Below are positions 59,498-64,000 of a stretch of DNA of 64,000 nt, in pieces. Both the position numbers and the translations under genes were made by a program. The notes beneath the pieces are model-generated. The model was not told the DNA's origin, did not search any database, and saw only the letters and a list, made by a program, of their open reading frames with translations. This stretch comes from Nitrospirota bacterium (lineage in GTDB: Bacteria > Nitrospirota > Thermodesulfovibrionia > Thermodesulfovibrionales > Dissulfurispiraceae). Location of the stretch: positions 32,001 through 96,000 of the forward strand of contig CAVPZX010000006.1 in NCBI GenBank assembly GCA_963710375.1, read 5' to 3'. How positions within the stretch are numbered: position 1 is the stretch's first letter; each line of letters opens with the position of its first letter.

Positions 59498-60988
59498 ATG
59501 ACAAACGGTTCAGCCACAATTGTTCAAAAACTCTGGAACTACTGTAACGTACTGCGTGACGACGGGATGAGCTATGGCGATTACGTCGAGCAACTCACCT
59601 ACCTCCTCTTCCTCAAGATGGCCGATGAGCGGTCGAAACCTCCCCACAACCAGCCCAGCGCTATGCCCAGGCAGTACGACTGGCAGAGTCTCCTCAGGAA
59701 AGACGGCGATGACCTTTTCGACCATTACCGCCATTTGCTCGAAAAGCTGGGGCAGGAAAAGGGACTCTTGGGCCTTATCTTTGGCAGGGCGCAGAACAAG
59801 TTCCAGGACCCGGCAAAGCTCCGGCGTCTTGTGGTCGATCTGATCGGCAAGGAAGACTGGTCTTCCATGAGCGCTGACGTGAAGGGCGACGCTTATGAGG
59901 GACTTCTCGAAAAGAACGCACAGGATACGAAGTCAGGCGCAGGCCAGTACTTTACGCCCCGCCCCCTGATCAGGGCGATTGTGGATTCTGTTGCGCCTAA
60001 ACCAAAGGAAAAGGTCTGCGATCCTGCCTGTGGCACCGGCGGATTTCTTCTTGCTGCCCATGACTACATTGCGAATCACTACAAGCTGAATAAGGAAGAG
60101 AAACGCTTCCTCGATGAAAAAGCGCTGAAGGGATGGGAGTTGGTGCATAACACTGCCCGTCTATGCGCCATGAACATGATGCTCCACGGCATCGGGCACT
60201 CAGACGATCTCCCTCTCATTGTTGCCGACTCTCTTGCCAGTGACCCCGGCGAAAGGTTCGAGGTCGTGCTGACCAATCCGCCTTTCGGAAAAAAAAGCAG
60301 CACAACCATCGTTGGAGCGGATGGAAAGCCGTACAAGGAAAAAGAGACAATAGAACGGGATGATTTCTGGGCAACGACATCGAACAAACAGTTAAACTTT
60401 CTCCAGCATGTAAAGACCCTGGTCAAACCCCACGGCCGTGCAGCCGTCGTTGTACCTGACAATGTGCTCTTTGAAGGCGGCGCAGGCGAGACAGTCAGGC
60501 GGAAGCTCCTTCATGAGTGCGACGTTCATACACTCCTGCGCCTCCCGACCGGCCTGTTCTACGCCCAGGGCGTGAAGGCGAACGTCCTTTTCTTCGACAA
60601 AAAGCCGGCCTCTGAAACGCCCTGGACAAAGAGGCTCTGGATTTACGACTTCAGGACGAACAAAGATTTTACTCTAAAAACAAATCCATTGAAGCGTGAA
60701 GACCTTGATGAGTTCGTCAAGTGCTATAACCCGGCAAACCGGCATGACCGGAAACCGACATGGTCAGAGAAGAACTCCGCCGGTCGCTGGCGTGCATTTA
60801 ATTATGAAGAACTGGTTAACCGTGACAAGGCGAGCCTCGACATCTTCTGGCTCAAGGATGAAAGCCTGGAAGACTCCGAAAACCTTCCAGACCCTGACAT
60901 CATCGCCCACGAAATCGTCGAGGACCTTGAAGCGGCGCTGGGTCAGTTTAAGCTTATTGCAGAGGATTTGGGGGCGGAGCCAGCTTGA
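59498..60988 (+). CDS. hsdM: Type I N6-adenine methyltransferase subunit M
   Basis: KLWNYCNVLRDDG, GAGQYFTPR, DPACGTGGFL, TNPPFG. Confidence 0.96.
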   Translation: MTNGSATIVQKLWNYCNVLRDDGMSYGDYVEQLTYLLFLKMADERSKPPHNQPSAMPRQYDWQSLLRKDGDDLFDHYRHLLEKLGQEKGLLGLIFGRAQNKFQDPAKLRRLVVDLIGKEDWSSMSADVKGDAYEGLLEKNAQDTKSGAGQYFTPRPLIRAIVDSVAPKPKEKVCDPACGTGGFLLAAHDYIANHYKLNKEEKRFLDEKALKGWELVHNTARLCAMNMMLHGIGHSDDLPLIVADSLASDPGERFEVVLTNPPFGKKSSTTIVGADGKPYKEKETIERDDFWATTSNKQLNFLQHVKTLVKPHGRAAVVVPDNVLFEGGAGETVRRKLLHECDVHTLLRLPTGLFYAQGVKANVLFFDKKPASETPWTKRLWIYDFRTNKDFTLKTNPLKREDLDEFVKCYNPANRHDRKPTWSEKNSAGRWRAFNYEELVNRDKASLDIFWLKDESLEDSENLPDPDIIAHEIVEDLEAALGQFKLIAEDLGAEPA

Positions 60989-61050
60989 TCCAAAGATCAT
61001 GATATTATGTCAGAATGCACATAAAACCTTCATAGGAAGTGGCTCGGGCT

Positions 61051-61404
61051 ATGAGTGATCGTCTAAATGAGATAATCGAGAAACTCCTCGAGTTCCGCAG
61101 GGAAAGGGACTGGAAACAGTTTCATCGTCCGAAAGACCTGGCAATCTCCATTGTCCTGGAGGCTGCAGAATTATTGGAGGAATTTCAATGGAAAACCGAC
61201 GAGGAGATAAAGCGCTACCTGCAAGAGGACGGATTGTCCCGTGTCGGGGAGGAGCTTGCCGATATTGCTATCTACATTGCGCTTATGTCTAACGACCTCG
61301 GCATAGATCTGCTTGAGGAGATGCGGAAAAAGATCAGGAAGAACGAGGAGAAGTATCCGGTGGAGAAATCAAAAGGCTCGTCAAAAAAATACGATAAACT
61401 GTGA
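61051..61404 (+). CDS. MazG-like nucleotide pyrophosphohydrolase (DCTPP1-like)
   Basis: FRRERDWKQFH.PKDL, EAAELLE, EELAD, NEEKYP. Confidence 0.9.
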   Translation: MSDRLNEIIEKLLEFRRERDWKQFHRPKDLAISIVLEAAELLEEFQWKTDEEIKRYLQEDGLSRVGEELADIAIYIALMSNDLGIDLLEEMRKKIRKNEEKYPVEKSKGSSKKYDKL

Positions 61405-61411
61405 CCCAAAT

Positions 61412-61512
61412 GTGAATAGTGAATGGTGAATCGTGAACGGCTCAAGGCAAAATTCAAGACGAAAAATCTTTAGCTTTTAACTATTCGCCATTCACCTTTC
61501 ACCATTCACTAT
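61412..61512. repeat. Heptamer-repeat hairpin (GTGAATA / TATTCAC type)
   Basis: gtgaatagtgaatggtgaatcgtgaac...ctattcgccattcacctttcaccattcactat. Confidence 0.8.
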
Positions 61513-61561
61513 TTGGCGCCTGCCCCTGCCGCTCCCTTCCTTATATATGTTATAATTTTAT

Positions 61562-62080
61562 ATGGCTGTATTGGAGATCAAGAAGTATCCTGATGAGGTT
61601 TTAAAGAGGAAAGCACTGCCTGTTGAGCGCGTAGATGATTCGTTGCAGAGACTGATTGATGATATGATCGAAACCATGTATGCGGCCCCGGGTGTTGGCC
61701 TTGCTGCTCCCCAGGTCGGGGTATCCAAAAGGCTTATTGTAATCGATGTAAGCACCAGAGAAGAGAAATCCCCCCTTATTGTGCTGGTCAACCCACAGAT
61801 TATTGAAGCAGACGGATTTGTTGAATTTGAGGAAGGTTGCCTGAGTGTGCCTGAATATATTACTCTTATCACAAGGGCCGAAAGGACAGTGGTAAAGGGT
61901 CTCGACAGGAAGGGCGCTCCCGTGGAAATAGAGGGAACCGGTCTCCTTGCCCGTGCGCTTCAACATGAAATCGACCACCTGGACGGCGTCTTGTTTATCG
62001 ATAGGATGAGTTCGATCAAGAGGGAATTTTTTAAAAAGCGGTACCGTAAAACCCTGAGAGAACTCCACGCAGGCACGTAA
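61562..62080 (+). CDS. def: Peptide deformylase
   Basis: GVGLAAPQ, EGCLS, QHEIDH. Confidence 0.98.
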   Translation: MAVLEIKKYPDEVLKRKALPVERVDDSLQRLIDDMIETMYAAPGVGLAAPQVGVSKRLIVIDVSTREEKSPLIVLVNPQIIEADGFVEFEEGCLSVPEYITLITRAERTVVKGLDRKGAPVEIEGTGLLARALQHEIDHLDGVLFIDRMSSIKREFFKKRYRKTLRELHAGT

Positions 62081-62089
62081 GGTCATCCT

Positions 62090-63010
62090 GTGTCCTTGAT
62101 CTTTTTCGGCACTCCTGACTTTGCTGTACCGTCGCTGCGAGCATTGTTAAGTGAAGAAGATATCGCACTGGTGGTAACGCAGCCTGACAAACTGAAAGGC
62201 AGAGGCCATATCCTATCATCGCCTCCGGTTAAAGAACTGGCGCTTGCTTATGGTATCAAAGTTGTACAGCCCCCAAAAATAAGGAATGAGGAATTTTATA
62301 ATGTCGTAAAAAGAATTGCACCGGAGTTTATTATTGTGGTGGCATACGGAAAAATACTGCCCGAAGACGTCCTTAGATTGCCGCTGCACGGATGCATCAA
62401 TGTCCACGGTTCGCTTCTCCCTAAATATCGTGGCGCGGCTCCTGTTCAATGGGCGCTGATCAACGGAGAAAGAATTACCGGCGTCACGACAATCCTAATG
62501 GATACCGGAATCGACACAGGAGATATACTGCAACATGCCGAAGTTCAGATTCTGGATGACGATAATGCTGAAACGCTTTCAGGGAAACTTGCCGACCTTG
62601 GGGGGAAGACGCTTATAGAGACACTTAAGGGAATAAGGTCAGGCACGGTCAAGCCGGTACCGCAGACCGGCGATGCGACCTATGCGCCTCCGCTCAGGAA
62701 GGAGGACGGCAGAATAAACTGGGGCAGGAGCGCTCGCGAGTTGCTCCAGTTTGTAAAAGGCCTGTACCCATGGCCTTCTGCATTCAGTTATCTTAACGAT
62801 GAGCTGATAAAGATAATCAAAGTGAAGCCGCTTGATGGTGACGGCGTCGCCGGGAGGATCGAAAAGGCATCAGGGGGTCAACTTGTCGTAGGTACAGGGA
62901 AGGGCCTTCTTTTGGTAGAGGAACTCCAACCAGGGGGCAGGAGAATCATGTCTTCTGAAGCATTTATGTCAGGCCGGAGATTAAAAGAAGGACATGAAAC
63001 GTTTTCTTAG
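62090..63010 (+). CDS. fmt: Methionyl-tRNA formyltransferase
   Basis: FFGTPDFA, VTQPD, NVHGSLLPKYRGAAP. Confidence 0.98.
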   Translation: MSLIFFGTPDFAVPSLRALLSEEDIALVVTQPDKLKGRGHILSSPPVKELALAYGIKVVQPPKIRNEEFYNVVKRIAPEFIIVVAYGKILPEDVLRLPLHGCINVHGSLLPKYRGAAPVQWALINGERITGVTTILMDTGIDTGDILQHAEVQILDDDNAETLSGKLADLGGKTLIETLKGIRSGTVKPVPQTGDATYAPPLRKEDGRINWGRSARELLQFVKGLYPWPSAFSYLNDELIKIIKVKPLDGDGVAGRIEKASGGQLVVGTGKGLLLVEELQPGGRRIMSSEAFMSGRRLKEGHETFS

Positions 63011-63518
63011 AGGATTTGTTTTAAAGGTGCTATACCCGTTGCTGATGCTGGCAGGGGCTTTTCTGAAAAGCAGAAAAGAGCTATTCCAGCGCTACGTTAT
63101 TGATCTGAATAACTGGCTGATCAAAGCGGAGCCTGAGAGATACAGGACAAAGAGGATACTGCTGCTGTTGCCTCATTGCCTGCAGATAAGTGACTGCGAC
63201 GTCAGGATAACCATTGATATCAATAATTGCAAGCGGTGCGGCAGGTGTGGAATTAAGGACCTGATACAGGTGGCCGTTGATAATGACCTGAAACTTTTTG
63301 TTGCCACCGGAGGAAATCTTGCCAGACGCATTGTAAGTGATGTAAGGCCGGAGGCCATTGTGGCCGTTGCCTGCGAGAGGGATTTAAGCAGCGGCATTGT
63401 TGACAGCTATCCTCTCCCGGTTTTGGGTATCCACAATGAGAGGCCTTTCGGCCCATGCCGTGATACGCGGGTTGATCTGGAAAAGGTAAGAGAAGCCATA
63501 AAATTCTTCGGAACGTGA
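62994..63518 (+). CDS. DUF116 family protein
   Basis: LLPHCLQ, CKRCGRC, VATGG, AVACERDL; between fmt and rsmB. Confidence 0.85.
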   Translation: MKRFLRGFVLKVLYPLLMLAGAFLKSRKELFQRYVIDLNNWLIKAEPERYRTKRILLLLPHCLQISDCDVRITIDINNCKRCGRCGIKDLIQVAVDNDLKLFVATGGNLARRIVSDVRPEAIVAVACERDLSSGIVDSYPLPVLGIHNERPFGPCRDTRVDLEKVREAIKFFGT

Positions 63519-63688
63519 AACGTTAATAGTGAATAGTGAAAGGTGAATAGTGAATAGTGAAAAGCAACAGACTAAAACCAAAGTAGAATTTTTATTTCTT
63601 GTATTTTGTATTTGTTTTTTTACTATTCACTATTCACCCTTCACTGTTTTTGTTACTATTTACTATTCACCTTTCACTTTTCACGTTC
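63511..63688. repeat. Heptamer-repeat hairpin (GTGAATA type), largest copy
   Basis: gaacgtgaaa...gtgaatagtgaaaggtgaatagtgaatag...ctattcactattcac...tttcacgttc. Confidence 0.82.
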
Positions 63689-63706
63689 TTTGTTTTTCTA
63701 GATAGT

Positions 63707-64000
63707 ATGTCACCTGCCAGAGAGCGCGCTGTCGTTGCCCTTAATAAGATTTTCATAAGAGGAAAAAAACCCAGGGAAGTGATCGAGGCCCTGTCATGGG
63801 AGGACGACAAGAGGGAACGGGCCTTTCTTATGGAACTGGTATACGGGGTCTTGAGATACCGGGACTTGCTTGACTGGATGCTTAAGGATTTCTTAAGGAA
63901 GCCGGCTGGTTTATCATTCGATACGATCAATAACCTGAGAATTGCAGTTTACCAGATCGCGTATATGCGCGTTCCAGAATGGGCCGCTGTAAATGAGGCG
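63707..64000 (+). CDS. rsmB: 16S rRNA m5C967 methyltransferase, N-terminal part
   Basis: MSPARERA...ERAFLMELVYGVLRYR...LRIAVYQ...AAVNEA NusB-like domain, in def-fmt context. Confidence 0.85.
   Translation, partial: MSPARERAVVALNKIFIRGKKPREVIEALSWEDDKRERAFLMELVYGVLRYRDLLDWMLKDFLRKPAGLSFDTINNLRIAVYQIAYMRVPEWAAVNEA

Noticed and set aside
61412..63688. Short tandem repeats as a CRISPR array
   Set aside because: The units are 7 nt and adjacent, with no unique spacers and no cas genes in the window
2203..63930. Numerous 60-320 aa ORFs antisense to or nested in recognised genes (for example 2500-3459, 15397-16371, 42345-43094)
   Set aside because: Shadow frames of well-supported genes, with no motifs or translation signals

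Overview
A mostly housekeeping chromosomal window from an anaerobic Gram-negative bacterium. Gene content and style suggest Nitrospirota (Thermodesulfovibrionia-like) or a related lineage; this is inference. Core genes: a three-gene split glutamate synthase, a DHH-CBS tRNA nucleotidyltransferase, two cysK, motAB, tsaC, lpxC, tldD, galU, lon, thiL, rimO, rplI-dnaB, alr, era, recO, def-fmt-rsmB, and tRNA-Pro(CGG) and tRNA-Leu(TAA). Several signalling genes carry sigma54 or sigma28 promoters. The main accessory block (54.3-61.4 kb) is a type I restriction-modification locus. A canonical Fic toxin is translationally coupled to hsdS, a small antisense ORF carrying the Fic-inhibitory SxxxEG motif faces it convergently, and a MazG-like gene follows hsdM. 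Other notable signals: (i) a wHTH-degenerate-nucleotidyltransferase regulator followed by a hairpin and an unannotated 25-aa Lys/Ala microprotein; (ii) two families of ~180-190 bp inverted-repeat elements, one showing compensatory changes; (iii) many heptamer/octamer tandem-repeat hairpins, one read in frame inside rimO; (iv) a PilZ-HDOD-like-degenerate AAA+ protein; (v) four frameshifts that are all explained by a +1 purine insertion at CAG^CT, probably a methylation-linked sequencing artefact.
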